Source of the DNA: a virus
Reading direction: 5' to 3' (one strand)
UHGV virus genome: UHGV-0117952
DNA length: 26,370 nucleotides
The translations under genes were made by a program, and so were the position numbers. The notes under the pieces are model-generated. The model was not told the origin of the DNA. It saw only the letters and a program-made list of their open reading frames with translations, and did not search any database. Shown piece by piece: positions 9,410 to 19,659 of the stretch. How positions within the stretch are numbered: the first letter of the stretch is position 1; every line of letters starts with the position of its first letter.

Positions 9410-9957
9410 TGAGGACGATTGAAGCCATGCAGCGACAACTCCTCGGCCTGATTGGGCGGGCCGTGGTGAAAAGCATCAGTGCCGCCACGAAATGTCAGAC
9501 CGTGGATGTGTCCCTGATTGCCGGTGAACCCAAAGCCGGGGTTGAACATCTTGAACCCTACGGTTTTACCGCAAGGGCAAACAGCGGCGCGGAAGCGGTG
9601 GTGTTGTTTCCGGATGGCGACCGTTCTCATGCGGTGGTTGTTACGGTGTCGGACCGGCGCTACCGCCTGAAAGGGCTGCAGACGGGGGAGGTGGCTGTCT
9701 ATGACGATCAGGGGCAGTCCGTGACGCTGACCCGGGAGGGGATCGTGGTGGACGGTGCAGGTAAAACGATCACGTTTCGCAATTCACCTAAAGCACGTTT
9801 TGAAATGGACCTGGAAGTGACAGGACAGGTGAAAGACCTGTGCGACTCCGGCGGCACCACCATGTCAGCGATGCGGCTTGCCTATAACGGGCATCGTCAC
9901 AGAGAGAACGGTCAGGGCAGTAACACCGACAAACCGGATAAAGCGATGGAGGCATGA
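9409..9957 (+). CDS. baseplate assembly protein V / central spike (Mu gp45-like)
   Basis: 182 aa ORF, TGATG overlap; size and place in the gene order as for gpV-type spike proteins. Confidence 0.75.
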   Translation: MRTIEAMQRQLLGLIGRAVVKSISAATKCQTVDVSLIAGEPKAGVEHLEPYGFTARANSGAEAVVLFPDGDRSHAVVVTVSDRRYRLKGLQTGEVAVYDDQGQSVTLTREGIVVDGAGKTITFRNSPKARFEMDLEVTGQVKDLCDSGGTTMSAMRLAYNGHRHRENGQGSNTDKPDKAMEA

Positions 9958-10382
9958 TGGAACTGTGGCTGACGGTGAACGGTAAACGCACCTGCGCCAG
10001 CGCACCGCTGGATCCGCTGACCCGCGCCGTGGTGATTTCCCTGTTTACCTGGCGGCGGGCGGAGCCTGATGACAACGCCGACGTCCCGATGGGATGGTGG
10101 GGGGATACCTGGCCTGCGGTACAGAATGACCGTTACGGCTCCCGACTGTGGCTGCTTCAGCGCAGCAAATTGACCAATCAGCTGGTGCAGACGGTAAGGG
10201 GGTATATCCGCGAATGCCTGCAATGGATGATTGATGACGGCGTGGTGTCCCGTATTGATCTGGATATCCGCCGCACCGGGATTAATGAGCTGGGTAACAG
10301 TATCACCCTCTGGCGTCGTGACGGACCGGTAATGATTTCTTTTGATGATCTGTGGAGTGCGATAACGCATGGCGGACAGTGA
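9954..10382 (+). CDS. baseplate protein (Mu gp46 / P2 gpW-like)
   Basis: 142 aa ORF, ATGA overlap, between spike and baseplate J genes. Confidence 0.7.
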   Translation: MMELWLTVNGKRTCASAPLDPLTRAVVISLFTWRRAEPDDNADVPMGWWGDTWPAVQNDRYGSRLWLLQRSKLTNQLVQTVRGYIRECLQWMIDDGVVSRIDLDIRRTGINELGNSITLWRRDGPVMISFDDLWSAITHGGQ

Positions 10383-11427
10383 ATTTCAGCGCCCGACGCT
10401 GGCAGAAAATATCAGTATGCTCCGTAACGATTTATTCGCCAGGCTGGACGTCAGCGACACGCTCCGGCGCATGGATGAAGACGTGCGGGCAAAGGTGTAT
10501 GCGGCGGCGCTGCATACGGTTTACGGGTACATCGATTATCTGGCAATGAACATGCTGCCTGACCTGTGCGATGAGTCCTGGCTGGCGCGACATGCTGCGA
10601 TGAAACGGTGTCCGCGCAAGGGGGCCACGGCTGCCAGCGGGTATATGCGTTGGGAAGGTGTCAGCGATGGCCTGAAGGTGACCGCCGGGAGTGTTATTCA
10701 GCGCGATGACCTGGTTCAGTACACGGCAACTGCCGATGCAACCAGCTCCGGTGGTGTCCTGCGCGTGCCGATCGCCTGCTCAAGTGCAGGCGCGGTCGGT
10801 AACGCTGACGACGGTACGTCATTAATCCTGGTCACGCCGGTTAATGGTCTGCCGTCTTCCGGCGTGGCAGATACCCTTACAGGCGGATTTGATACTGAAG
10901 AGCTGGAAACGTGGCGCGCCCGCGTCATTGAGCGGTATTACTGGACGCCGCAGGGCGGGGCTGACGGGGACTATGTCGTCTGGGCTAAAGAAGTGCCCGG
11001 CATTACCCGCGCATGGACATACCGTCACTGGATGGGAACGGGAACTGTCGGTGTGATGATTGCCAGCAGTGACCTGATTAATCCCATTCCGGAAGAATCA
11101 ACGGAAACGGCGGCAAGACAACACATTGAGCCACTGGCCCCGGTGGCAGGCTCTGATTTGTATGTATTCAGGCCGGTGGCACATACGGTGGATTTTCATA
11201 TCCGCGTGACGCCGGACACACCGGAAATACGGGCTGCCATCACCGCGGAGTTGCGTTCGTTCCTGCTGCGTGATGGTTATCCGCAGGGAGAACTGAAGGT
11301 ATCGCGTATCAGTGAGGCGATTTCCGGTGCGAACGGGGAATACAGCCATCAGTTGCTTGCACCGGTGGACAATATCTCCATTGCGAAAAACGAACTGGCG
11401 GTACTGGGGACGATTTCATGGACGTGA
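10369..11427 (+). CDS. baseplate J-like protein (Mu gp47 / P2 gpJ-like)
   Basis: 352 aa ORF; length and position typical of the baseplate wedge J family. Confidence 0.8.
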   Translation: MADSEFQRPTLAENISMLRNDLFARLDVSDTLRRMDEDVRAKVYAAALHTVYGYIDYLAMNMLPDLCDESWLARHAAMKRCPRKGATAASGYMRWEGVSDGLKVTAGSVIQRDDLVQYTATADATSSGGVLRVPIACSSAGAVGNADDGTSLILVTPVNGLPSSGVADTLTGGFDTEELETWRARVIERYYWTPQGGADGDYVVWAKEVPGITRAWTYRHWMGTGTVGVMIASSDLINPIPEESTETAARQHIEPLAPVAGSDLYVFRPVAHTVDFHIRVTPDTPEIRAAITAELRSFLLRDGYPQGELKVSRISEAISGANGEYSHQLLAPVDNISIAKNELAVLGTISWT

Positions 11428-12002
11428 CAAACGATGATTACATCCGCCTGTTATCGGCACTGTTGCCGCCCGGTCCGGCGTGGTCAGCCAGCGATCCGGC
11501 GATTGCCGGTGCGGCACCGTCATTAACCCGCGTTCATCAGCGTGCGGATGCCCTGATGCGGGAGCTGGATCCGCGCACCACCACCGAACTGATAAATCGC
11601 TGGGAGCGTCTGTGCGGCCTGCCGGATGAATGTATTCCCGCAGGGACACAGACCCTTCGCCAGCGTCAGCAACGACTGGATGCGAAGGTTAACCTGGCGG
11701 GCGGCATCAATGAGGATTTTTACCTTGCACAGCTTGCTGCCCTGGGCAGACCAGACGCTACCATCACGCGATACGACAAAAGCACTTTCACCTGCTCATC
11801 TGCCTGTACTGACGCGGTGAATGCGCCGGAATGGCGGTATTACTGGCAGGTCAACATGCCAGCCGCCACCAACACCACCTGGATGACATGTGGTGATCCC
11901 TGTAATTCCACATTGCGTATCTGGGGCGACACCGTTGTCGAGTGCGTGCTTAACAAACTCTGCCCGTCGCATACCTACGTAATTTTTAAATATCCGGAGT
12001 AA
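11418..12002 (+). CDS. tail protein (Mu gp48 / P2 gpI-like, YmfQ/DUF2313-type)
   Basis: 194 aa ORF immediately upstream of the tail fiber gene, Cys-containing C-terminus; position as for gpI/gp48. Confidence 0.75.
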   Translation: MDVTNDDYIRLLSALLPPGPAWSASDPAIAGAAPSLTRVHQRADALMRELDPRTTTELINRWERLCGLPDECIPAGTQTLRQRQQRLDAKVNLAGGINEDFYLAQLAALGRPDATITRYDKSTFTCSSACTDAVNAPEWRYYWQVNMPAATNTTWMTCGDPCNSTLRIWGDTVVECVLNKLCPSHTYVIFKYPE

Positions 12003-12005
12003 TCC

Positions 12006-14867
12006 ATGCATCGTATAGACACGAAAACCGCGCAGAAGGATAAGTTCGGCGCGGGTAAGAACGGTTTTACCCGTGGCAACCCCCAGACCGGTACGCCTGC
12101 CACCGATCTGGATGATGACTACTTTGACATGTTGCAGGAAGAGCTTTGCAGTGTTGTGGAAGCATCCGGTGCCAGCCTGGAGAAGGGGCGGCATGACCAG
12201 CTGCTTACCGCGCTTCGTTCGCTGCTGTTAAGCCGCAAGAATCCGTTTGGCGACATCAAATTGGATGGCACGGTGAAAACTGCTCTCGAAAATCTTGGTT
12301 TAAGAGAGACAGGAAGCAGCGGTGAAAAGATCCCACTATTAAGCACAGAAAATACGTGGAGCGGCAGGCAGAGTTTCAATGGTGGTGTTGCTGGTGAACT
12401 GGACGGTAACGCAGCTACCGCATCAAAGCTTAAGACGCCAGTCAGGATTGACGGTGTTGAGTTTGATGGATCGGCGGATATTTCTCTGCGCCGCGACATC
12501 ATTGATTACGACGCCCTCCAGCATAAAGTAATTCATGATATCGACTACGCCGGTATTTTTGACGGCGCGGATAATATGAGCCAGGGGTTCTGTATCTGTG
12601 ATACGCCGCAGGGAACTAGAATGTTTCTGCATCAGCCTGTATCGGGTGGCGTAAGGATTGTTGAAACGATATTTAACCCTGACGGAGAAAACGAAAACCC
12701 GACGGTCATTTCGTTTTCTCCCGTTTTCGCTGATATTGGTCACCAGAGTATCGGGGCTGTATGTGAAGACGATCGCGTGATGCTGTATACCCCGACCGCT
12801 GACGGCAAGGGTGTGAATATCATCAACTGGAATGGGGCTGACACCAGTCTGACAGATGTCACCCGTACGGAGATTTTCACCTCTGACTTTTTTACCGGGG
12901 ATGAAATTATAACGGTGGCATTGTCGGCAGACGGAAGCCTGTTGATTGTTCAGTCAAGTAATGAAGCAGTTCATCTTCATTACAACATGGATGATCGCCG
13001 CACAGTTTATGTTTTCGATCGCGCCTCTCTGACGTTTAAACACCGGATTTATCTGTCCACTCAGCCAATGGTGTCGCAGGCATTTCAGGGGATGGCCAGC
13101 GATGGTCATTATCTGTTTGCTTATTACGGTTATACAGGCGTATTTCTGACTCACCGCATTGTTGTATATAACCTGTCAACGGGCGAAGTTGTCAGACAGT
13201 TCAATGTGGATGGCGTTCGTGCCAGGTATGGCCGCCAGAAAATGCTGGGGAATGCAGAGCTGGGGTATCCCGTTTTGCAGGAAGCCGAAGGGCTGGCTCT
13301 CCATAACGGAAAACTGTATCTGCTCGATATGGATTTCTGGTGTCAGACAGCCGATGTGGTTTCTTTTGAGGGGGCATACTTTGCAGCACGTGCAACAAAT
13401 TTTTCTGGCCGTTCCCCGGTGAATCCATCTTACTGGACGCCTACAGCATATGGAACGGCGGCTGCAACGAAATATGATGCCACGAAGTCTTATACGTGTG
13501 GCGTGGCGACAAAACGCAGCAAAGCTGTGGTTTCCGTGGAGGCTTACGACGGCACAGGCTATCTGGTGGACTCCGGCGTGGCGTTTCCTGACAGCCATGC
13601 TAGCCTTTTTCTGAGTCCCAATGCTGTAAATATTGCCCTGTCACCCAATGAAGACTTCCAGGTGGCAGCCTATGAGCAGAATCTGCGCTCGCATCGCCCG
13701 TTATTTGAGGTCAGAAAGGAGGCTCCGGATACAGACACTTCTGCTGCTGTTTTTCGTTTGTACGGGGATGCGTTCCGAACCGGAGAATACACAGGCCGCT
13801 TCGTTCAGTGGAAACACCGACTGAACACCGTGCACGATTGTCTGGAAATACGCGCTGACGTGGATTTGTTGAGCGGTGGCGGGATTAACCTTTACTCAAT
13901 GAACGATACTCAGTCGGCGGGGCGCACAAGGCTTTATTGTACCGATGGCAGTGAGACCTGGTCTGTATTATTGAGTCCGGTCTCGCCGGCATTTCATCCC
14001 GACCAGGACAAGGCAATGAATCTGGGGTCATCGCCAAATCGCTGGAATGTGGCATACCTGCAGGGCGTGAATATTAAATCGGATGACGAAACCCAGAAGC
14101 GCATGGCCATCAGCACCACGCTGAAGGCGGGAGCTTTCCAGGTATCAACAGCCGGGAATCTGGGTATTTATGACGATTCTGCTGACGCTTATGTAATTGC
14201 AGCCCGTAGTGACGGCACTGCATTCATGCAGATGGATACAGATATTAACGGTGCATTCCGGCCATCGGTTAACAATACCAGCGACCTGGGTGCGCCCAAC
14301 AAAGCGTTCCGGAGCGTGTATCTCTGCAACTCGCCGACCGTTGTGTCGGATGCGACGTTAAAGGATACACCGCGCGATGCGACGGCAGCCGAAAACGCGG
14401 CATTTGCAGAAATAGCACGGCTTCCGGGCGTGTGGCGCTGGTTACAGAGAATTGAGGAGGAGGGCGAGGACGCGCGTCTGCACGCCGGGCCGACAGTCCA
14501 GGCCGCGATAGCGGTGATGGAGAAACACGGTCTGGACTGGCGGAAATACAGCGCATTTTGTCTGGATTCGTGGGAAGCGGAGGAGGCACAGTACGAAGAT
14601 ATACCGGAAGAGTATGAAGATATTCCGGTTCAGCCAGAGATTTATTCGGATGAAGGGGAGCTGTTGAGCGGGACAACCCGTGTGCTTACCCGACAGGCGG
14701 AAAGGGTTCTTGTTCGCCCTGCAACCGAAGCAGGAAGCCGTTATCGCTTCCGGAAAGAGGAGCTTCTCTGGTGGTGTCTACGTGCTGTTGTCAGCCAGGT
14801 GGATTTGTTAATGGAACGCTTTGTTGACTTAAATCGTCGTTTGATGAAGTTGGAGACTTCAGAATAA
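12006..14867 (+). CDS. tail fiber protein (953 aa) with candidate C-terminal S74-like intramolecular chaperone domain
   Basis: GGAG Shine-Dalgarno before ATG 12006. N-terminus resembles baseplate-attachment domains of myovirus fibers. Lower-GC central region. C-terminus contains VSDATLKD...[13 protein letters not shown], reminiscent of the SDxxLK...HxGxIAQ pattern of peptidase S74 chaperone domains. Confidence 0.8.
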   Translation: MHRIDTKTAQKDKFGAGKNGFTRGNPQTGTPATDLDDDYFDMLQEELCSVVEASGASLEKGRHDQLLTALRSLLLSRKNPFGDIKLDGTVKTALENLGLRETGSSGEKIPLLSTENTWSGRQSFNGGVAGELDGNAATASKLKTPVRIDGVEFDGSADISLRRDIIDYDALQHKVIHDIDYAGIFDGADNMSQGFCICDTPQGTRMFLHQPVSGGVRIVETIFNPDGENENPTVISFSPVFADIGHQSIGAVCEDDRVMLYTPTADGKGVNIINWNGADTSLTDVTRTEIFTSDFFTGDEIITVALSADGSLLIVQSSNEAVHLHYNMDDRRTVYVFDRASLTFKHRIYLSTQPMVSQAFQGMASDGHYLFAYYGYTGVFLTHRIVVYNLSTGEVVRQFNVDGVRARYGRQKMLGNAELGYPVLQEAEGLALHNGKLYLLDMDFWCQTADVVSFEGAYFAARATNFSGRSPVNPSYWTPTAYGTAAATKYDATKSYTCGVATKRSKAVVSVEAYDGTGYLVDSGVAFPDSHASLFLSPNAVNIALSPNEDFQVAAYEQNLRSHRPLFEVRKEAPDTDTSAAVFRLYGDAFRTGEYTGRFVQWKHRLNTVHDCLEIRADVDLLSGGGINLYSMNDTQSAGRTRLYCTDGSETWSVLLSPVSPAFHPDQDKAMNLGSSPNRWNVAYLQGVNIKSDDETQKRMAISTTLKAGAFQVSTAGNLGIYDDSADAYVIAARSDGTAFMQMDTDINGAFRPSVNNTSDLGAPNKAFRSVYLCNSPTVVSDATLKDTPRDATAAENAAFAEIARLPGVWRWLQRIEEEGEDARLHAGPTVQAAIAVMEKHGLDWRKYSAFCLDSWEAEEAQYEDIPEEYEDIPVQPEIYSDEGELLSGTTRVLTRQAERVLVRPATEAGSRYRFRKEELLWWCLRAVVSQVDLLMERFVDLNRRLMKLETSE

Positions 14868-15010
14868 ACAAGCCTTAATGAGTATCTGCTTAAAATAGTG
14901 TTATCTACAGATCAAACTTTAGTTGATACGAGTCACTGTCCTCCCCGTAACAACTGGAGTTAAAAGATGTGATGGCATATAAATATAACATCAAATAATT
15001 ATTTTTTTTT

Positions 15011-15040
15011 GCCCCTCACCCTTAATTTAGGGTGAGGGGC
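15011..15040. repeat. perfect 11-bp GC-rich inverted repeat (hairpin) with 8-nt spacer, flanked 5' by T9
   Basis: GCCCCTCACCC (15011-15021), TTAATTTA, GGGTGAGGGGC (15030-15040); T-run at 15002-15010 is upstream on the plus strand, so not a canonical intrinsic terminator in either orientation. Confidence 0.5.
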
Positions 15041-15079
15041 GTCAGATACAAAGTTAGGAGTATCTGTAGTTAAGTGTTT

Positions 15080-16169
15080 TTATATTTTTTCGCAAAAAGA
15101 AGAATAATCTCCACAGATTAAGCAACTGACAAGCTCTCTTTGTGCGGGATATATTTGGGACTCATTTACAAGCCCTGTATATGGTAAGAGTGATTTATGT
15201 ATCAAGTTAAAAACGTGAGACTTCTCATTAGTTGTTAAACTTTTTTTGGATAATATGGATGCCAAGTGCTCAACGCAAATAACCAGCCATGCATTAAACA
15301 TTTTTACTATTTCTGCTTCATTTTTATTGCTTGATAAGATATAAATCAAACCTGTTTGTAATACCAAGGCTCTTTGTTTAATGGAGAAAGATGTTTTAGA
15401 TAGATGTGGTTCTTCATGGCGATTCAGAGAGTAGTAGCCCTTTCTTGCCAGTATAGATATCGTATTAGCTACAGTTAGGCTCTGGCAAGAAAAAAGCATA
15501 TCCTCATAGACTGAAATTGATGGGTTAAATAAGATGTTGTTATTGATTAGCAACTCTCTTTTAAAGAACTTGAAGATTTTTAATGATCTAAAAAGATGGT
15601 TTTTTATAATATCTGCTTTATTCGTGTCTGCCTTAAATGGGCGTACAGGAACCCCTCTCCCTGTAGAGGAAACCTGCTTGAAATATACAATGTCACTATT
15701 GTTTTTATAAGCTATCTGAATACCATCGGACAGTAAGTCAGAGTGAATGGAATCATCAGAGTCTAAGAAAAACACATAGCGACCTTTTGCGGATTTTATT
15801 CCCTCATTTCGCGGCGCTGATGCATTCCCTGAACCAACTGCTCTACGGATAATACGATAATTTATTTCTCTCGAAATGTTATATTCAATGGCGGCAATGC
15901 TCCTGTCAGTGGAACAGTCATCAATGAAAATAACTTCAAAACAATTTTTATCTATAGTCTGATTGTTTAAAGATTTAATGCATTCGAGAATAAGGGTTTC
16001 TCGGTTGTGAACCGGAATAACAACTGAGACATCAAAGGGATAAATAGAATTAATTTCATTAATTACCGTTGTGATTTTTAGAAGAGAAGTATGCAGGGCT
16101 GTTGTTAAAACAGCAGAAGATGAAATGTTTTCTTTTTTAGTGTTGCCTTTTATAGTATAATAAGGGCAA

Positions 16170-16198
<29 letters not shown>
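15080..16198 (-). CDS. family-2 (GT-A fold) glycosyltransferase body; probable phase-variable gene
   Basis: 372 aa in this frame, with GT2 hallmarks VSVVIPVHNRE, FIDDCSTD, FFLDSDDS. About 30% GC. Frame has only a GTG start at 16198 with no usable Shine-Dalgarno and is open upstream through the repeat tract to a stop at 16265-16267. Confidence 0.8.
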
Positions 16199-16409
<211 letters not shown>

Positions 16410-16523
16410 TATGCAACCTCTAACGTTAATAATGTTTATGAATATTCAGAATGCTATCTCATAACATGAAGCATTATATCTGAACATTGTGACATGATTT
16501 AATGAAGTCATCAGCACATCATG

Positions 16524-16539
16524 CTGCAATGCATTGCAG
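16524..16539. promoter_or_regulatory. perfect 16-bp palindrome CTGCAATGCATTGCAG upstream of the glycosyltransferase locus (candidate operator)
   Basis: Read directly; lies about 115-130 bp upstream of the leader ATG (16409), and about 50 bp upstream of a TATAAT-like element on the minus strand (plus-strand 16474-16479). Confidence 0.35.
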
Positions 16540-16685
16540 TATAACTAACACGAGGGATTGTTTGCATGGTGATAGTTTTGTTGGTGATAAAATCAGCATA
16601 ATTAAATATGTTGGCGTACATTTTGAACATTTTTAAGCAAAGCAAATTATAAGTATAAAAATAGTTAATGTGAAGTTGTACTCAT

Positions 16686-16717
16686 GTAAAAAGCCCCGCA
16701 TTCTCTCGAAGGCGGGG
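16686..16717 (-). terminator. rho-independent terminator, minus-strand orientation
   Basis: Minus-strand RNA: CCCCGC, 12-nt loop, GCGGGG, then CUUUUU (plus-strand stem arms 16694-16699 / 16712-16717, A-run 16688-16692). Confidence 0.5.
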
Positions 16718-16810
16718 AAGATTTGAAAATTAATGGTACAAATTGACGATTTCATATTCTATTCTGTATTAGAATAAAAGTGAATATAATTATTTATTTT
16801 AGGTGATTTT

Positions 16811-16838
16811 TTAAAAAAAGCCCGTGGAAGCAACGGGC
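16811..16838 (-). terminator. rho-independent terminator, minus-strand orientation
   Basis: Minus-strand RNA: GCCCGU, 7-nt loop, ACGGGC, followed by U7 (plus-strand stem 16820-16825 / 16833-16838, A7 at 16813-16819). Confidence 0.55.
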
Positions 16839-17452
16839 ATAAAACGCGGAATTGATTAAGATCTGTATAATTTAATTTTCTGATTCTATCATGCATATCA
16901 TTCACAGTGAAGTTGGTAATTTAGTAAAACTAGTGATAATGCCACTCGGTTTGATAACAAGAGAAACCACAGCGTGGTTTCGTCGAACAGTTTATGAAGG
17001 ATATTCCCCCCAAATATACACTCGCTTTGTGCTGTAGCAGCGCAGATGCTGGTTGCTATTCTTACCGGGAACTGGGCTTACAAGGCAATAGTAGTGTGAC
17101 ATTCTTCATCGCGCACGTGCATATCCTGGCTGAAAATCGATGGATAGAAAATATCCGCAAAGGGAAGCGGAGCAGCATACCGTGGTGGGGGGCACATGTA
17201 TGGGGTGTTGGAAGTCTGATGGATTTCTTTGTACCAGACAGCTTGTATTTTCATCTTTTCTTTGTTTCTTTGCAGGTAATTATGAGTAGCAACAAATCCT
17301 GAATGGCTGGGTATACCGCAATAAATAGAGGCGGGCAAGTTGCCCACTTTTTCTTTATCTGTTGTTTCATCCACTGCCCAGCCAGGTCAAATAGCGTCTC
17401 ATGCTTCGCACAACAGAAAATAGTTGCACCCATTAACCACGGAGTTAAACGG

Positions 17453-18643
17453 ATGAGTGACTATCATCACGGCGTGCAGGTGCTGGAGATTAACGACGGC
17501 ACCCGCGTCATTTCCACCGTATCCACCGCCATTGTTGGCATGGTCTGCACGGCCAGCGATGCGGATGCGGAAACCTTCCCCCTCAATAAACCGGTGCTGA
17601 TCACCAATGTGCAGAGCGCGATTGCAAAGGCCGGTAAAAAAGGCACGCTGGCGGCATCGTTGCAGGCCATCGCTGACCAGTCAAAACCGGTCACCGTTGT
17701 CGTGCGCGTGGAAGACGGCACCGGCGACGACGAAGAAACGAAACTCGCGCAGACCGTTTCCAATATCATCGGCACCACTGACGAAAACGGTCAGTACACC
17801 GGACTGAAAGCCCTGCTGGCGGCGGAGTCGGTAACCGGTGTTAAACCGCGTATTCTCGGTGTGCCGGGACTGGATACCAAAGAGGTGGCTGTTGCACTGG
17901 CATCCGTCTGTCAGAAGCTGCGCGCTTTCGGGTATATCAGCGCATGGGGCTGTAAAACCATTTCCGAGGTGAAAGCCTACCGCCAGAATTTCAGCCAGCG
18001 TGAGCTGATGGTCATCTGGCCGGATTTCCTCGCATGGGATACGGTCACCAGTACCACCGCCACCGCGTATGCCACCGCCCGTGCGCTGGGTCTGCGCGCT
18101 AAAATCGACCAGGAGCAGGGCTGGCATAAAACGCTGTCCAACGTCGGGGTAAACGGTGTTACCGGCATCAGCGCCTCTGTATTCTGGGATTTGCAGGAGT
18201 CCGGCACCGATGCTGACCTGCTTAACGAGTCAGGCGTCACTACGCTGATTCGCCGCGACGGTTTCCGCTTCTGGGGTAACCGTACCTGCTCTGATGACCC
18301 ACTGTTTCTCTTTGAAAACTACACCCGCACCGCGCAGGTGCTGGCCGACACGATGGCTGAGGCGCACATGTGGGCGGTGGACAAGCCCATCACCGCAACG
18401 CTGATTCGCGATATCGTTGACGGCATCAATGCCAAATTCCGTGAGCTGAAAACAAACGGCTATATCGTGGATGGCTCATGCTGGTTCAGCGAAGAATCCA
18501 ACGATGCGGAAACCCTCAAGGCCGGAAAACTGTATATCGACTACGACTATACACCGGTGCCTCCTCTCGAAAACCTGACCCTGCGCCAGCGTATTACCGA
18601 TAAATACCTGGCAAATCTGGTCACCTCGGTTAACAGCAATTAA
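17453..18643 (+). CDS. FI: P2-type tail sheath protein FI
   Basis: Track ORF starts at 17303, but ATG 17453 (MSDYHHGVQVLEIND...) has GGAG at 17441-17444 and matches the recalled P2 FI N-terminus; 396 aa. Confidence 0.9.
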   Translation: MSDYHHGVQVLEINDGTRVISTVSTAIVGMVCTASDADAETFPLNKPVLITNVQSAIAKAGKKGTLAASLQAIADQSKPVTVVVRVEDGTGDDEETKLAQTVSNIIGTTDENGQYTGLKALLAAESVTGVKPRILGVPGLDTKEVAVALASVCQKLRAFGYISAWGCKTISEVKAYRQNFSQRELMVIWPDFLAWDTVTSTTATAYATARALGLRAKIDQEQGWHKTLSNVGVNGVTGISASVFWDLQESGTDADLLNESGVTTLIRRDGFRFWGNRTCSDDPLFLFENYTRTAQVLADTMAEAHMWAVDKPITATLIRDIVDGINAKFRELKTNGYIVDGSCWFSEESNDAETLKAGKLYIDYDYTPVPPLENLTLRQRITDKYLANLVTSVNSN

Positions 18644-18655
18644 GGAGCCTGACCG

Positions 18656-19174
18656 ATGGCAATGCCGCGCAAACTCAAGTTAATGAACGTCTTTCTGAAC
18701 GGCTACAGCTATCAGGGCGTCGCGAAGTCCGTCACGCTGCCAAAACTGACCCGTAAGCTCGAAAACTATCGCGGTGCGGGGATGAACGGCAGCGCACCGG
18801 TAGACCTCGGCCTTGATGACGATGCGCTGTCAATGGAGTGGTCGCTCGGTGGCTTCCCGGATTCGGTTATCTGGGAGCTTTACGCCGCAACCGGCGTGGA
18901 TGCCGTGCCGATTCGTTTTGCAGGCTCTTACCAGCGCGACGATACCGGCGAAACGGTGGCCGTCGAAGTGGTCATGCGTGGCCGTCAGAAAGAAATCGAC
19001 ACCGGTGAGGGTAAGCAGGGAGAAGACACCGAGTCGAAAATCTCCGTGGTCTGCACCTATTTCCGGCTGACGATGGACGGTAAGGAGCTGGTCGAAATTG
19101 ACACCATCAACATGATTGAGAAGGTGAACGGCGTCGACCGGCTGGAGCAACACCGCCGCAATATCGGCCTGTGA
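18656..19174 (+). CDS. FII: P2-type tail tube protein FII
   Basis: 172 aa, AGGAG Shine-Dalgarno 8 nt upstream; N-terminus MAMPRKLKLMNVFLNGYSYQG recognised as P2 FII-like. Confidence 0.9.
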   Translation: MAMPRKLKLMNVFLNGYSYQGVAKSVTLPKLTRKLENYRGAGMNGSAPVDLGLDDDALSMEWSLGGFPDSVIWELYAATGVDAVPIRFAGSYQRDDTGETVAVEVVMRGRQKEIDTGEGKQGEDTESKISVVCTYFRLTMDGKELVEIDTINMIEKVNGVDRLEQHRRNIGL

Positions 19175-19231
19175 TTTTCATCCGGTCAGCCAGGCTGACC
19201 GGTTAACCCCCGATTCAGAAGTGAGAAAACC

Positions 19232-19507
19232 ATGAACAAAGAAAATGTGATTACCCTGGACAATCCGGTCAAGCGTGGTGAGCAGGTCATCGAACAGGTC
19301 ACGCTGATGAAACCCAATGCCGGGACGCTGCGCGGTGTCAGTCTGGCTGCGGTCGCAAACTCCGAAGTCGATGCACTGATTAAAGTGCTGCCGCGCATGA
19401 CGGCACCGATGCTGACCGAGCAGGAAGTCGCCGCGCTGGAACTGCCTGACCTTGTGGCGCTGGCCGGTAAGGTGGTCGGTTTTTTGTCGCCGAACTCGGT
19501 GCAGTGA
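19232..19507 (+). CDS. E: P2-type tail assembly chaperone gpE
   Basis: 91 aa ORF between FII and T; contains slippery T_TTT_TTG at 19480-19486 near its 3' end. Confidence 0.85.
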   Translation: MNKENVITLDNPVKRGEQVIEQVTLMKPNAGTLRGVSLAAVANSEVDALIKVLPRMTAPMLTEQEVAALELPDLVALAGKVVGFLSPNSVQ

Positions 19508-19659
19508 CGTTTCCGAAAAATCTGTCGGTCGATGACCTGATGGCGGATGTGGCAGTGATATTTCACTGGCCGCCATCAGAACTGTATCCCATGAGTCTGA
19601 CCGAACTCATCACATGGCGCGAAAAGGCGCTCCGGCGAAGCGGAAACACGAATGAGTAA
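19232..19659 (+). CDS. E': gpE+E' extended chaperone by programmed -1 frameshift
   Basis: After a -1 slip at TTTTTTG the frame stays open to TAA at 19657-19659 (...FHWPPSELYPMSLTELITWREKALRRSGNTNE*), overlapping the T start at 19652. Confidence 0.7.

Noticed and set aside
12119-13598. Minus-strand ORFs (127, 106, 66, 140, 75 aa) inside the tail fiber gene
   Set aside because: Antisense to the fiber gene, Cys/Arg-rich, no translation signals.
14879-15069. Short repeats GAGTATCTG at 14879-14887 and 15058-15066 as att-like direct repeats flanking cargo
   Set aside because: Only 9 bp, both on the same side of the glycosyltransferase rather than bracketing it; likely chance in AT-rich DNA.
16994-17433. 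Small ORFs in the junction (16994-17302 plus, 17078-17374 minus, 17251-17433 minus)
   Set aside because: Mutually overlapping on opposite strands, no Shine-Dalgarno, unrecognisable products. They could be remnants of P2 genes upstream of FI, but I cannot support a call.
17303-17452. N-terminal 50-aa extension of the sheath ORF given by the ORF track
   Set aside because: The extension (MAGYTAINRGGQVAHFFFICC...) is Cys/Phe-rich with no Shine-Dalgarno, whereas ATG 17453 has GGAG and starts the recognised FI N-terminus.
17340-17452. Ogr-dependent P2 late promoter upstream of FI
   Set aside because: I looked for the TGT-N12-ACA dyad expected near -55 of P2 late promoters and did not find a convincing match by eye; position not callable without a motif scan.
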